From contig OZ244170.1 in assembly GCA_965216565.1 (NCBI GenBank), positions 1,152,001-1,216,000 of the forward strand: a stretch of DNA of 64,000 bases, read 5' to 3'. This DNA is from Bythopirellula sp. (GTDB lineage Bacteria > Planctomycetota > Planctomycetia > Pirellulales > Lacipirellulaceae). Made by a program: the position numbers and the translations under genes. The notes under the pieces were generated by a model, which worked only from the letters and a program-made list of their open reading frames with translations, ran no database searches and was not told the origin of the DNA. Below are positions 20,832 to 31,000 of the stretch, piece by piece. Numbering within the stretch: position 1 is the first letter of the stretch; every line of letters starts with the position of its first letter.

Positions 20832-21653
20832 ATGGCAGAGGAATTTCAAGGCAATCCGTTTGTTTCTTTTAGCAATCAAGCGCGTCGACGTTTGGCAAAT
20901 GAGTTCCCTGAGCTCACGGTTGATTGGCAGGAGGAGGTCGAATCGACCAATGATCGAGCCCTGTGGCTTGCTGAGCATCGCGAAATGTTAAAGCTGCCGA
21001 TGCTGGTGCTAGCCGATCGTCAGGTGGCCGGTCGTGGACGTAAGACGAATACCTGGTGGTCGTCGCCGGGGGCTTTGACGTTTTCTCTCCTCATGGATGC
21101 CGACTCGTTGGGGCTCACGCCGGACCTGTGGCCTCAGGCATCGTTGACAACTGGACTTGCAGTTTGTGTTGCCCTGGAAGAATTGTTGGTAGATGCCCGC
21201 GTCCAATTGAAGTGGCCCAACGATGTTTATGTGAATGGCAAGAAAAACTGCGGCATTCTCTTGGAGCCAGTGAATCTGCAAGCAGGGCTACTCGTGATCG
21301 GCGTGGGCGTGAACGTAAACAATTCATTGGTGCAGGCCCCGCCCGAAATTGAATCTATGGCAACCGCCCTGTGTGACGTGGGCAATCAGCAATATCCACT
21401 ACAGGACGTGCTTTCCAGCGTGTTGGAACGACTGCTCAAATACCTAAGTCTGGTTGGTAAGCGCGACGCTCAACTACACGATCAATGGCGTGGCCGTTGC
21501 CTGCTAACCGGTCGCAAGATAGCGGTTGAGGCAGCTACGGAAAGTCACGCAGGCATCTGCCAGGGAATCGGTGAAGACGGTGGGCTTCTGTTGGAAACTG
21601 AAAATGGAACGAAGCGCTGTCTGGCTGGAACCGTTCGACTACTCGATTCGTAA
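20832..21653 (+). CDS. birA: Biotin-[acetyl-CoA-carboxylase] ligase (no HTH)
   Basis: STND, QVAGRGR, KWPNDV, GKKNCGIL, GVGVNVN; exact start uncertain. Confidence 0.92.
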   Translation: MAEEFQGNPFVSFSNQARRRLANEFPELTVDWQEEVESTNDRALWLAEHREMLKLPMLVLADRQVAGRGRKTNTWWSSPGALTFSLLMDADSLGLTPDLWPQASLTTGLAVCVALEELLVDARVQLKWPNDVYVNGKKNCGILLEPVNLQAGLLVIGVGVNVNNSLVQAPPEIESMATALCDVGNQQYPLQDVLSSVLERLLKYLSLVGKRDAQLHDQWRGRCLLTGRKIAVEAATESHAGICQGIGEDGGLLLETENGTKRCLAGTVRLLDS

Positions 21654-21812
21654 CTGTCCCCGGCACAAAGCCTGTTTGCCAGCAACTACTGGTTGCCACC
21701 AAGATTTTATCGTCAGGTAGTTTCGAGTGTCGCAATCTTAGCCTCTAGGGTAAGATGCAAGGAAAGCCGAAAGTGAGCGTAGGTCCCCGGTAGAAACGCA
21801 GTAATTAGTCTT

Positions 21813-22250
21813 ATGGCTCGTGTAAAATCCCTCAATCATATTGGCATTGCTGTCGACTCGATCGAGTCGCAACGCTCCTACTATGAAGAAACTTTAGGAG
21901 CGGAGTTCGAGGGATTCGAGGAGGTGACCAGCCAACATGTTCGCGTTGGCTTTTTCCGAGTGGGAGATTTCAGGCTCGAACTGATGGAGCCAACGAACTC
22001 CACGGGGCCGATTGCCAAATTCCTGGAGCAACGTGGCCCCGGTTTGCATCACATTGCTTACACCGTCGAAAACCTACAGGATCGGATCGAAGAACTTCAG
22101 CAATCCGGAATCACGATGATCGACGAAACTCCACGCCCCGGCTCGCATCACACGCAAATTGCCTTCCTGCATCCTAAAAGCACCTACGGGGTTCTAACGG
22201 AATTCTGCGAACCCTTGAAAGAGCGAGAGTCTCAGCAAGGCGACTCCTAG
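21813..22250 (+). CDS. mce: Methylmalonyl-CoA epimerase
   Basis: HIGIAV, LELMEP, GPGLHHIAY, FLHPKSTYGVLTE; operon context. Confidence 0.93.
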   Translation: MARVKSLNHIGIAVDSIESQRSYYEETLGAEFEGFEEVTSQHVRVGFFRVGDFRLELMEPTNSTGPIAKFLEQRGPGLHHIAYTVENLQDRIEELQQSGITMIDETPRPGSHHTQIAFLHPKSTYGVLTEFCEPLKERESQQGDS

Positions 22251-22275
22251 TACCCTCTACCAGCAATGCTTCGAT

Positions 22276-23940
22276 ATGGTTGATCCTGAATTCTCAATCG
22301 AGGGAGATTTCCCGGCTGCCAGTTACAGTCAATGGCAAGAGCTGGTGGAAGCATCTCTACGCGGGAGTTCTTTCGAGGAACAACTGGTCACCCAGTCGCT
22401 GGAAGGCATCCAACTACTCCCTCTCTACTCGGAAGAAAACACTTCCGCAGTAGACTCTGGACTGACTCGCACGGATCCAGCCGATTGGGATTTGCAACAA
22501 GTGTACTGCGAGCCAGAGCCGGACGTTCTTAACCGCATCCTTCGGCAAGAAGTCGAGGGGGGAGTTTCGTCATTGGAGATTTCGCTGGATCAGGCTGGGC
22601 ATAGGGGTCTAGATCCTGACAATGCCGAGTCCGTAAAGCTTGTCGGGCTCCGTGGAACGATGGTCTATTCGGCAGCGGATCTGTCGGCAGTGCTTGATGG
22701 AGTGGATTTAAAGACGATTGCCATCACGTTGCGGGCGGGTGCCAGCTTTCTTCCAGCAGCGGCAATGTTGGTTGCTGCCTGTCAAGCCAAAGATTGCGGG
22801 ATCGGCGAAGTCCGGTTCGGGTTTGGGGGCGACCCCTTGGGAGTGCTGGCCCGAGAAGGTCGGCTTCCTATGTCACTGGAAAATGCATTTTCCCAGTTGG
22901 CAAACCTTGCCCATTGGACGGCAGAGCATTCGTCGGATAGCGCAGCAATAGGCGTGGATCTATTGCCCTATCACGATACAGGGGCAACGGCAGTTCAGGA
23001 ACTGGCCTTTGCCACCGCAACGGCGGTGCAGTATCTCCGCGTGCTGACTGCCAGTGGGATGGCACTTGAGTCGGCTGCCAGGCAAGTAGAGTTTAGCTTC
23101 GGACTTGGAACCCATCACTTTACGGAAATAGCCAAGCTACGTGCCGCACGGATGCTGTGGGCACGGATCATCGAAGCATTCGGTGGCAATCCCGAGGGTA
23201 ACCTGATGAAAATTCAGGCCCGACTCGGTCGTAGAGCTCTCACCGTACGTGACGCCGAGATGAATATACTGCGAAATACAACTGCCGTATTCGCCGCCGG
23301 CATAGGCGGAGCCGATGCCGTGACATCGGTGCCCTTCGATTCTGGTCTCGAAGGCGGCAGCGAGTTCAGCCGCAGACTCGCCAGAAATACTGCGATTATC
23401 TTACAGCGCGAAGCACACCTGCATCGAGTTGACGACCCTGCCCGGGGAAGCTGGTTCCTGGAATCGATCACCAACGACCTCGCGAGTAAAGCCTGGCAAG
23501 AGTTCCAAGCGATTGAAGGGCAGGGCGGTATGGCGGAGTGTCTGCTGACGGGGCGAATCGCAGAACTAGTCAACTCGGCTTCCCAAGAGCGTGCACAGTC
23601 GGTCAGCAGCGCTGCGCAGGCCATTGTGGGAGTGAGCGTTTTTCCCAATCCCGAGGGACAGTCGGCAGAGGTGCCGCGCCGAGATCTGCAGAAACTGAGG
23701 GAAACCGCGGTGCAGCGCATGTCTTCGCTTAGCACCAACGCAGTAGAGATGGAGCCTACCCGTAGAAAAACAGATGCGATGGAGGCAGTCTTGGACGCGG
23801 CAGCAAACGGGGCCGCTCTGGGACAAATGGCAACGATGTTAGGCTTTCATCAGCAAGAGGTGACTGCACCTAAGTTGCAGCCGCGGAGACTTGAGGAATT
23901 ATACGACGCAACTCTTGGTGAGAGGGACCAATCACGATGA
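22276..23940 (+). CDS. mutA: Methylmalonyl-CoA mutase small (non-catalytic) subunit
   Basis: [47 protein letters not shown]; no DxHxxG; stop overlaps the next start (ATGA). Confidence 0.88.
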   Translation: MVDPEFSIEGDFPAASYSQWQELVEASLRGSSFEEQLVTQSLEGIQLLPLYSEENTSAVDSGLTRTDPADWDLQQVYCEPEPDVLNRILRQEVEGGVSSLEISLDQAGHRGLDPDNAESVKLVGLRGTMVYSAADLSAVLDGVDLKTIAITLRAGASFLPAAAMLVAACQAKDCGIGEVRFGFGGDPLGVLAREGRLPMSLENAFSQLANLAHWTAEHSSDSAAIGVDLLPYHDTGATAVQELAFATATAVQYLRVLTASGMALESAARQVEFSFGLGTHHFTEIAKLRAARMLWARIIEAFGGNPEGNLMKIQARLGRRALTVRDAEMNILRNTTAVFAAGIGGADAVTSVPFDSGLEGGSEFSRRLARNTAIILQREAHLHRVDDPARGSWFLESITNDLASKAWQEFQAIEGQGGMAECLLTGRIAELVNSASQERAQSVSSAAQAIVGVSVFPNPEGQSAEVPRRDLQKLRETAVQRMSSLSTNAVEMEPTRRKTDAMEAVLDAAANGAALGQMATMLGFHQQEVTAPKLQPRRLEELYDATLGERDQSR

Positions 23941-26132
23941 GTGTCGATGTCGATTTCACAAAGATCCCCTGGCAAGAACGTGCTGAGGGTGCGGAACGAG
24001 ACAGCCCAGCTAATTCGACTTCAAGCGAAGGTGAGAATGCGAAGGTTTGGCAGTCCCCTGAAGGAATCGCAATCCAGCCTGGTTATTCGCAGCGTGATCT
24101 GGCAGAGGTCGGGCATCTTAATTCAATGCCGGGAACGCCCCCCTATGTCCGGGGCCCCTACGCCACGATGTACGTCCAGCGTCCATGGACGGTACGGCAA
24201 TACGCCGGCTTTTCGACGGCTGAGGAGTCGAACGCATTCTATCGCCGCAATCTGGCCGCGGGACAGAAGGGGCTCAGCATTGCTTTCGATCTAGCGACGC
24301 ATCGCGGCTACGATTCCGATCATCCGCGAGTAACTGGCGACGTGGGAATGGCCGGCGTGGCCATCGATAGCATTTACGACATGCGAACCTTGTTCGAGGG
24401 GATTCCGCTCGACGAGATGACGGTTTCGATGACCATCAACGGGGCCGTACTGCCGATCATGGCGCTCTACATTGTCGCGGCAGAGGAACAGGGAGTTGAT
24501 AAGGAAAAGTTGGCGGGGACGGTGCAGAACGACATTCTCAAGGAATTCATGGTTCGCAACACCTACATCTATCCGCCGGAACCGAGCATGCGGATCATTG
24601 CGGATATCTTTGCCTATACCAGCCGCCACATGCCCAAGTACAACAGCATCAGCATCAGCGGCTATCACATGCACGAAGCGGGAGCCACAGCCGATTTGGA
24701 GTTGGCCTACACGCTCGCCAATGGGCTCGAATACGTGCGCACCGGCGTGGAGAGTGGTTTGGAGGTAGATCAGTTTTGCCCCCGGCTCTCCTTTTTCTGG
24801 GCCACTGGCATGAACTACTTTATGGAAGTCGCCAAGCTTCGCGCTGCACGCATGATCTGGGCCAAGTTAATCCACTCGTTCTCTCCCCAAAACCCAAAGA
24901 GCCTCGCGTTGCGAGCGCATTGCCAAACCAGCGGTTGGTCTCTCACCGCCCAAGACGTCTACAACAATGTAGTCCGTACGTGTATCGAAGCGATGGCGGC
25001 TGTGCATGGGCACACGCAGTCGTTGCACACCAACGCTCTGGACGAAGCACTGGCCCTACCCACCGACCACACCGCCCGAATTGCCCGTAATACGCAGCTC
25101 TTTCTGCAGCACGAAACCGACACTTGTGCGGTGGTCGATCCCTGGGGAGGCAGTTACTACTTGGAACGACTGACCCACGATCTGGCCAAGCGGGCGTGGA
25201 AACACATCGTAGAAGTCGAAGAATTAGGTGGCATGACGCGGGCCATCCAGCAGGGCATCCCCAAACTCCGCATCGAAGAGGCAGCCACCCGCACGCAAGC
25301 ACGCATCGATTCGGGTTCACAAACGATTGTAGGTGTGAATAAATATCTGAGTCCATCCGAAGAGACGCTCGAACTGCGGAATGTCGATAACACCAAGGTT
25401 CGGGAAGCACAGATTGCCAGCCTCAAGCAATTGCGGGCAGATCGAGAATCCGAGCAGGTCGAGGCAGCACTGCACGCTTTGCGGGAATGTGCCCGCACAA
25501 AGATTGGGAATCTGCTTGAATTGGCCGTCATTGCGGCCCGGGTGAAGTGTACAGTAGGAGAGATAAGCCTTGCCCTGGAAGAACACTTCGGACGATACGA
25601 GGCGCCGATCGATTCTGTCCGCGGGATTTACGCAGCCGAACTGAAGAGCGATAGCAGAGTGAAAGAAGTACGCGAACTGGTAACGAGCTTCGAGCGATGC
25701 GACGGACGGAGGCCGCGGATTCTGCTTGCGAAGATGGGGCAAGATGGGCACGATCGCGGGCAGAAAGTGGTGGCCTCTGCCTTTGCGGATTTTGGATTCG
25801 ATGTCGATATCGGTCCTTTGTTTCGCACCCCTGGGGAAACCGCCCGGCACGCGGTGGAGAACGACGTGCATTTGATCGGCGTCAGCACGCTCGCAGCTAG
25901 TCATTTGACGTTGGTTCCGGCGCTGCAGCGTGAACTCGCCGAACTCGGCCGGCAAGACATCATGATTATCGTAGGTGGTGTGATTCCGCCGGAGGACTGC
26001 GAGAAGTTGGCGGAACTGGGCGTGGCAGCGACCTTCGGCCCGGGCACAAAAGTCGGGCTGGCCGCGGTGGAGTTGCTGCGCAAGCTCGCGGCGCACTTGG
26101 GTCATTCACTGGATCAATCCTCGTCCAAGTAG
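23937..26132 (+). CDS. scpA: Methylmalonyl-CoA mutase large (catalytic, B12-binding) subunit
   Basis: [46 protein letters not shown]12 motif. Confidence 0.97.
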   Translation: MSVDVDFTKIPWQERAEGAERDSPANSTSSEGENAKVWQSPEGIAIQPGYSQRDLAEVGHLNSMPGTPPYVRGPYATMYVQRPWTVRQYAGFSTAEESNAFYRRNLAAGQKGLSIAFDLATHRGYDSDHPRVTGDVGMAGVAIDSIYDMRTLFEGIPLDEMTVSMTINGAVLPIMALYIVAAEEQGVDKEKLAGTVQNDILKEFMVRNTYIYPPEPSMRIIADIFAYTSRHMPKYNSISISGYHMHEAGATADLELAYTLANGLEYVRTGVESGLEVDQFCPRLSFFWATGMNYFMEVAKLRAARMIWAKLIHSFSPQNPKSLALRAHCQTSGWSLTAQDVYNNVVRTCIEAMAAVHGHTQSLHTNALDEALALPTDHTARIARNTQLFLQHETDTCAVVDPWGGSYYLERLTHDLAKRAWKHIVEVEELGGMTRAIQQGIPKLRIEEAATRTQARIDSGSQTIVGVNKYLSPSEETLELRNVDNTKVREAQIASLKQLRADRESEQVEAALHALRECARTKIGNLLELAVIAARVKCTVGEISLALEEHFGRYEAPIDSVRGIYAAELKSDSRVKEVRELVTSFERCDGRRPRILLAKMGQDGHDRGQKVVASAFADFGFDVDIGPLFRTPGETARHAVENDVHLIGVSTLAASHLTLVPALQRELAELGRQDIMIIVGGVIPPEDCEKLAELGVAATFGPGTKVGLAAVELLRKLAAHLGHSLDQSSSK

Positions 26133-26159
26133 ATTGGATCAACACAGGCAACCGCGGCT

Positions 26160-27185
26160 ATGGCCCCAGCAGAATCGCACGAACAAACGACGGGAAGGCT
26201 GACGCTTGAGGAGTACAGCGAGGGGATCGAGCGGGGCACGGTTGCTACGTTGGCCCGTGCTTTGACTCTGATCGAATCGACGAAAAACGACGATCGGGCC
26301 CTTGCCGAGCAGCTCCTGACGCGGCTCATGCCCAAGACAGGGCAGGCCAGGCGGGTGGGCATTTCGGGCGTTCCTGGGGTGGGAAAAAGTACCTTCATCG
26401 AGGCGCTGGGGTTGCATCTCACGCAACAAGGCATGCGGGTCGCGGTGCTCACCATCGATCCGTCGAGCGGAGTCAGTGGCGGGAGCATTTTGGGCGACAA
26501 GACGCGGATGCCCAGGCTTTCCGCCGAACCGAACGCCTTTATTCGGCCCGCACCTTCCTCAGGTAGTTTGGGCGGTGTTGCCCATCGGACTCGCGAATGC
26601 ATGCTTATTTGCGAAGCCGCGGGGTACGACGTGGTGCTGATCGAAACGGTCGGCGTGGGACAGTCGGAGACAATGGTTGCCGATTTGGTGGATTGCTTTG
26701 TGGCTTTGATGTTGCCGGGGGCGGGTGACGAGTTGCAGGCCGTCAAACGAGGTCTGCTGGAATTGGTGGACGTGATCGTGGTGAACAAAGCGGATGGAGA
26801 AACCCAAACCGCTGCCAAGTTGGCTGCCGAGCAGTACGAGTCGACGTTGCGTGCCATTGCCGGAGAGCAGGGTGAGGCGGGTCCCCCCGAAGTGCTTACC
26901 TGCAGTGCTTTGCAGCAGGAAGGAATCGCACCGGTGTGGCACGCGATTGCAGACAAGATCCAGCAGTTTAAGAACTCTGGTGCGCTGGCAGAGAAGCGAG
27001 GACAACAGAACCTGCGCTGGATGTGGGAAATCGTGGACCACAAACTTCGCGTTCTCACCAAGCACCATACAAGCGTTGAGAATCTGCGAAGCGAACTTGA
27101 AGCAGAAATTGTCGCTGGGCAGATTGCGCCTGCCGATGCGGCAGAGAAAATTATCGACGCCTTGGGGATCCGCGCTTCGGAATAA
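26160..27185 (+). CDS. meaB: Methylmalonyl-CoA mutase-associated GTPase
   Basis: GVPGVGKST, DPSS..SGGSILGDKTRM, ETVGVGQSE, NKAD. Confidence 0.96.
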   Translation: MAPAESHEQTTGRLTLEEYSEGIERGTVATLARALTLIESTKNDDRALAEQLLTRLMPKTGQARRVGISGVPGVGKSTFIEALGLHLTQQGMRVAVLTIDPSSGVSGGSILGDKTRMPRLSAEPNAFIRPAPSSGSLGGVAHRTRECMLICEAAGYDVVLIETVGVGQSETMVADLVDCFVALMLPGAGDELQAVKRGLLELVDVIVVNKADGETQTAAKLAAEQYESTLRAIAGEQGEAGPPEVLTCSALQQEGIAPVWHAIADKIQQFKNSGALAEKRGQQNLRWMWEIVDHKLRVLTKHHTSVENLRSELEAEIVAGQIAPADAAEKIIDALGIRASE

Positions 27186-27574
27186 AGCGCGTTCGACAAG
27201 TCCTTCGCTATGGGACGGCCAAGAATAGAGGCTGAGATTTTGTATGGCTCTGTGATAGAGTGATGCAAGATTCAAATCAGCCCCCCGAAATTTGAGGTGT
27301 TTCCAGTTTTTTTGATGCCGGCAGGGTTTTTCTCGGTAAAAGCCGATCCTAAGATTGGGGCTGAAATCAATATCTTGTGTGATGGGTCCATGCGTCACAC
27401 AAGTGAGCCGGTGTCATTTTCAATAAAATTGTGTCAGCCCATTCTAGATTCCACTAGATGTTGTATGGCTTCCAGCCAGGCGGTGGCACAAAAATCGGGG
27501 CTTGCAGAGTTGCGATGTTGAAACCTGGTTTTTTGGCTTGGTGTCTGGGAAAAGCAGCGCTCTGCTCTCGCAAC

Positions 27575-27705
27575 CTATTCGCCGCATGAGTGTTGCAAGA
27601 AGCGGTTCGTCGGAGCGATGGAGGATTCTGCCGTTAGGCCCATCTCTGGAGTTGACTCAACCGTAACGGTGGGCCGTCGCTTCGCTTTGGCCCACCCTAC
27701 GAACT
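27575..27705. repeat. 131-bp direct repeat, copy 1, containing a GTAG-type REP hairpin
   Basis: Matches 28569-28699 with 5 mismatches; minus strand reads GTAG-GGTGGGCC-N13-GGCCCACC at 27700-27668. Confidence 0.92.
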
Positions 27706-27710
27706 TCGGA

Positions 27711-28169
27711 CTACCTATTTCCAAGTTGCTTCAGGTGCTTGTCTACTGCTCTCTTGAGGAACTTGGATATGAGCCACAGTATGGGAATGGTAACTGCATT
27801 GCGAGCATGCATTAGAAATCGACGCTTCACATGTGTTCCGTTCTCGAGGGAATCGAATCCCCATGTCTCATCAATGTGCGTAGCCAGCTTGGATAGCGGT
27901 GGCGAGAATTCTTGCATTCGTAGAGCAAGATTACTCTCAGGATTCCACTCGACAATCTCTTCGATATGTTGCGAGCCATCCGTGTTGTGAACGCGAATGC
28001 GCGTGCCAACTATTTCTGGCGTCTGCACCTCGAACTGCGCTGAAGCTATTCCTGGCATTGGTCCGTAGCCTTTGAAATCTGCCCAGTTAGAAAGATCAAG
28101 GATTTCCTTGGCTATCTCGTGCGGACTCTGGGGTAGGGTCGCTTTGCACTGGAACTGAATGTACTTCAT
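27711..28169 (-). CDS. SRPBCC (polyketide cyclase/START-like) family protein
   Basis: 152 aa; NWADF..GP.PGI, GTRIRV.NTDGS.H.EEIVEW.P, GTHVKRRF and C-terminal helix. Confidence 0.8.
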   Translation of the reverse strand: MKYIQFQCKATLPQSPHEIAKEILDLSNWADFKGYGPMPGIASAQFEVQTPEIVGTRIRVHNTDGSQHIEEIVEWNPESNLALRMQEFSPPLSKLATHIDETWGFDSLENGTHVKRRFLMHARNAVTIPILWLISKFLKRAVDKHLKQLGNR

Positions 28170-28199
28170 TGATGTTCACTTAAGGATAAGGTTGGAGTG

Positions 28200-28472
28200 T
28201 CACTCAAAGCGAATCCAACCCCAGATTGGTACCAGGGTAATAAAAAATCCGATTGCAGTGCCTACTAAAGACCCATGAACAATCTTTCTGTGGCCACGAG
28301 CTAAATATTGGAATGCAGCTCCAAGAAACCCACCGAGGAAGGCACCTATAACCGGTAGATAGAAGAACAACTCATCGCTTCTCCAGGTAGAAATCAGTAC
28401 TGTAAGTGAAAGCGAAAAGGTTGTGATCCAAAGAAACAAACCCTTCACGCTAAAGTGTAGATTGTTTGTCAT
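28200..28472 (-). CDS. Small hypothetical membrane protein (3 TM)
   Basis: About 90 aa, hydrophobic, AT-rich; N-terminal FSVKGLFLWIT resembles planctomycete FSLRxLL-type starts; start uncertain. Confidence 0.6.
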   Translation of the reverse strand: MTNNLHFSVKGLFLWITTFSLSLTVLISTWRSDELFFYLPVIGAFLGGFLGAAFQYLARGHRKIVHGSLVGTAIGFFITLVPIWGWIRFE

Positions 28473-28514
28473 TCTAATTACGTTGTTAAAACAACGCCTA
28501 ATGTTTTGGGGTGC

Positions 28515-28546
28515 CATGCCCACGGCGGTCTGCCGCTGTGGGCATG
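28515..28546. repeat. REP-like palindrome
   Basis: CATGCCCACGGCGG-tctg-CCGCTGTGGGCATG, 14-bp stem with one G-T pair. Confidence 0.7.
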
Positions 28547-28568
28547 CGAGCCAACGTCGCCCTTCAAT

Positions 28569-28699
28569 CTATTCGCCGCATGAGTGTTGCATGAAGCGGT
28601 TCGTCGGAGCGATGGAGGATAGTGCCGTTAGGCCCATCTCTGGAATTGACTCAACCGCAACGGTGGGCCGTCGCTTCGCTTTGGCCCACCCTACGAACT
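28569..28699. repeat. 131-bp direct repeat, copy 2, containing a GTAG-type REP hairpin
   Basis: Copy of 27575-27705 at an offset of 994 bp. Confidence 0.92.
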
Positions 28700-28715
28700 A
28701 ATCTCGCAACCTGTT

Positions 28716-28749
28716 CTAGCCCTCCCCCGCAGACGGGGGTGGGGGATTT
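28716..28749. repeat. C/G-rich palindromic repeat downstream of pccA
   Basis: CTAGCCCTCCCCCGCAGACGGGGGTGGGGGATT; related copy inside lhr at 37487-37532. Confidence 0.7.
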
Positions 28750-28763
28750 GGTTTGGTAGACCT

Positions 28764-30761
28764 TTATTCGCTGGTGAATTCCAAGATTGGTTGGTCCACC
28801 TCTAGCGTGTCGCCAACCTTGGCCAAGACCTTGGCGACTGTGGCGTCGCGCTGGGCGCGGAGGACGTTTTCCATTTTCATCGCCTCGACAATTGCTAAAG
28901 GCTGATCGGCTTTTGTGCTTTGGCCTGCTTCGACCAGGAGTTGCGAAAGTAAGCCGGGCATCGGCGAGAGCAAAAAGCGGGACGTATCGGCCGCTTGTTT
29001 CACTGGCATGATGTCGAGTAATGAGGCAGCCGTAGGCGTGAGGATCGAAATGGTACATTCGCTTCCGTTATGCCAGAGTCGATAGCCGAGATTGTTACGT
29101 TCCAGCAGTAGATTGATCTCCTCGCCGTCAACCGTGCCGTGAAATACCGGTTGGCCAAACTGCCACGTTGTCTCAACGCATACCGTCTTGCCATCGATTG
29201 AGACCTCGAAGTCGGTGACGTCCGAATAGGTGTAGACGTTAACGACTTGCGAGTTGTCGCTCAGAACAGCCACCCAGTTGTGTTCGCAACGTTGTGAAGC
29301 TTCGGAGGGGGGGCTAGAAAGACTGGCCATTCGATTTTGGTACCGGCTATGAATACCGGCGGCAATGGCCACCATGGTATTTGGATTTGCCGGAGACTTG
29401 TCCGAAGGGTTGAAACCTTCCGGGAAATGGTCCTGGATGAAATTCGTCGACAGATCGCCTGCTAAGAATTCTGGGTGGTCGACAATCGCCGCCAGGAAAT
29501 TCACATTATGATTGACGCCGTCGATGTGGAACCGATTGAGCGCCGTTTTCATTTCGGCGATCGACTGCGCGCGAGTCTCGCCAAACGTAATCAGCTTGGC
29601 AATCATCGGGTCGTAGTGAATGGAGATCTCGTCTCCCTCGCTGATGCCTGTGTCGACCCTTACCGTTTCTGATTCTTGCGGAGGCTGGTAGGTGTTGATT
29701 CTGCCAATGGATGGAAGGAAGTTTCGCCTCGGATCCTCAGCATAGATGCGCGCCTCCACCGCCCAACCATTGATTTGTAAGTCCGATTGTTGGAACGAGA
29801 GTTTTTCACCCGCGGCGATGCGGATCATCCACTCGACCAGGTCGAGTCCCGAGACGTACTCGGTGACCGGGTGCTCGACTTGCAGTCGCGTGTTCATTTC
29901 CAGGAAGTAGAACTTGTTCGACTGATCGACGACAAATTCAACAGTGCCTGCGGACTGATAGTCGACTGCTTGAGCGAGCGCAATGGCCTGTTCTCCCATC
30001 GCTTGACGTAGGGCATCATCCAGCAGTGGCGAGGGCGATTCTTCAATGATTTTTTGATGACGGCGTTGAAGGGAACATTCGCGCTCGAACAGATGCACGC
30101 AGTTGCCAAGCGTGTCAGCAAGGACTTGAATTTCGATATGCCTGGGGTTCTCGATGTAGCGTTCCAGGAAGACGCGATCGTCGCCGAAGGACGAACCGGC
30201 TTCGCTGGTGGCGCGCTCAAAGCCATCGCGGCACTCGGCATCGTTGTGCGCGATTCGCATTCCCTTACCACCGCCGCCGGCGGAGGCCTTGATCATCACG
30301 GGGTAGCCAATGTCCTTGGCAATGGCGACGGCCTCTTGGGCGTCGGCAACAACTTCCGTGTGGCCGGGAATGGTGGAGACCCCCGCTTCTTTTGCCAGGC
30401 GTTTGGAGGTGATCTTGTCCCCCATGCTGCGAATTGCTGAGGCCGTGGGGCCAATGAAGGCGATGTTGGTGGCGGCGAGCTTTTCGACGAATTCAGAATT
30501 CTCCGAGAGAAAACCATAGCCAGGGTGAATCGCCTCGGCTCCTGACGATTGGCAAGCTGCGATGATGTTGTCCTGCGCAAGATAACTCTTGCTGGAGGGA
30601 GCGGGCCCCACGCAAATAGCTTCGTCGGCCGAGGCGACATGCAGGGCTTGGCGATCTGCTTCGGAGAATATCGCGACCGATTTGATGCCCAACTTGCGGG
30701 TCGCTTTGATAATTCGGCAGGCGATTTCGCCTCGATTGGCAATGAGAAGTTTTTTGAACAT
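28764..30761 (-). CDS. pccA: Propionyl-CoA carboxylase alpha subunit (biotin carboxylase plus BCCP)
   Basis: LIANRGEIA, HPGYGFLSEN, GGGGKGMR, RECSLQRRHQK, EMNTRLQVEHPVTE, EAMKM biotin site. Confidence 0.93.
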   Translation of the reverse strand: MFKKLLIANRGEIACRIIKATRKLGIKSVAIFSEADRQALHVASADEAICVGPAPSSKSYLAQDNIIAACQSSGAEAIHPGYGFLSENSEFVEKLAATNIAFIGPTASAIRSMGDKITSKRLAKEAGVSTIPGHTEVVADAQEAVAIAKDIGYPVMIKASAGGGGKGMRIAHNDAECRDGFERATSEAGSSFGDDRVFLERYIENPRHIEIQVLADTLGNCVHLFERECSLQRRHQKIIEESPSPLLDDALRQAMGEQAIALAQAVDYQSAGTVEFVVDQSNKFYFLEMNTRLQVEHPVTEYVSGLDLVEWMIRIAAGEKLSFQQSDLQINGWAVEARIYAEDPRRNFLPSIGRINTYQPPQESETVRVDTGISEGDEISIHYDPMIAKLITFGETRAQSIAEMKTALNRFHIDGVNHNVNFLAAIVDHPEFLAGDLSTNFIQDHFPEGFNPSDKSPANPNTMVAIAAGIHSRYQNRMASLSSPPSEASQRCEHNWVAVLSDNSQVVNVYTYSDVTDFEVSIDGKTVCVETTWQFGQPVFHGTVDGEEINLLLERNNLGYRLWHNGSECTISILTPTAASLLDIMPVKQAADTSRFLLSPMPGLLSQLLVEAGQSTKADQPLAIVEAMKMENVLRAQRDATVAKVLAKVGDTLEVDQPILEFTSE

Positions 30762-30785
30762 TAACAGCGAAGGTTGAGCGGACTA

Positions 30786-30986
30786 AGGAAAAGGGGATGG
30801 GGGGATAGTGGAGATGCTGGGGATAGTTTGCTGAAGGAGTAAAGCAGTATCGGTAGTTCGTAGATTAAGGCAAAGGAATTAATAAGAGGCGAATCACAAG
30901 TTCCGCGAATAAACTTGTTCCAGAGTAATGACGTTGCCCCTAGGTTGGCCATCCCCTGTATCTCCATCATCCCCCTCTCTCCTTCC
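30786..30986. repeat. Long imperfect inverted-repeat element with 9-nt periodic arms between pccB and pccA
   Basis: Left arm GGGGATagtGGAGATgctGGGGAT pairs with right arm ATCCCCtgtATCTCCatcATCCCC; about 120-bp AT-richer interior. Confidence 0.7.
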
Positions 30987-31000
30987 AACCCATCGGGCTC

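Noticed and set aside
26114..27398. Long antisense ORFs (384 aa and 279 aa) over meaB
   Set aside because: They shadow a well-conserved gene on the opposite strand and show no motifs. The same applies to similar antisense ORFs over scpA, pccB, lhr and tnpA.
27190..27540. Possible IS end or remnant downstream of meaB
   Set aside because: Only weak, short inverted matches and no transposase-like reading frame.
27575..28699. Integron attC sites or a CRISPR array as the explanation for the 131-bp repeats
   Set aside because: A GTTAGGC/GCCTAAC core is present, but I found no complementary partner box forming an attC fold and no integrase. Two long copies 994 bp apart do not fit CRISPR geometry.
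30761..30988. 75-aa ORF between pccB and pccA
   Set aside because: Its ends are translations of the periodic repeat arms (GERGMMEIQG, SPASPLSPHP); it is better explained as a non-coding fold-back element.
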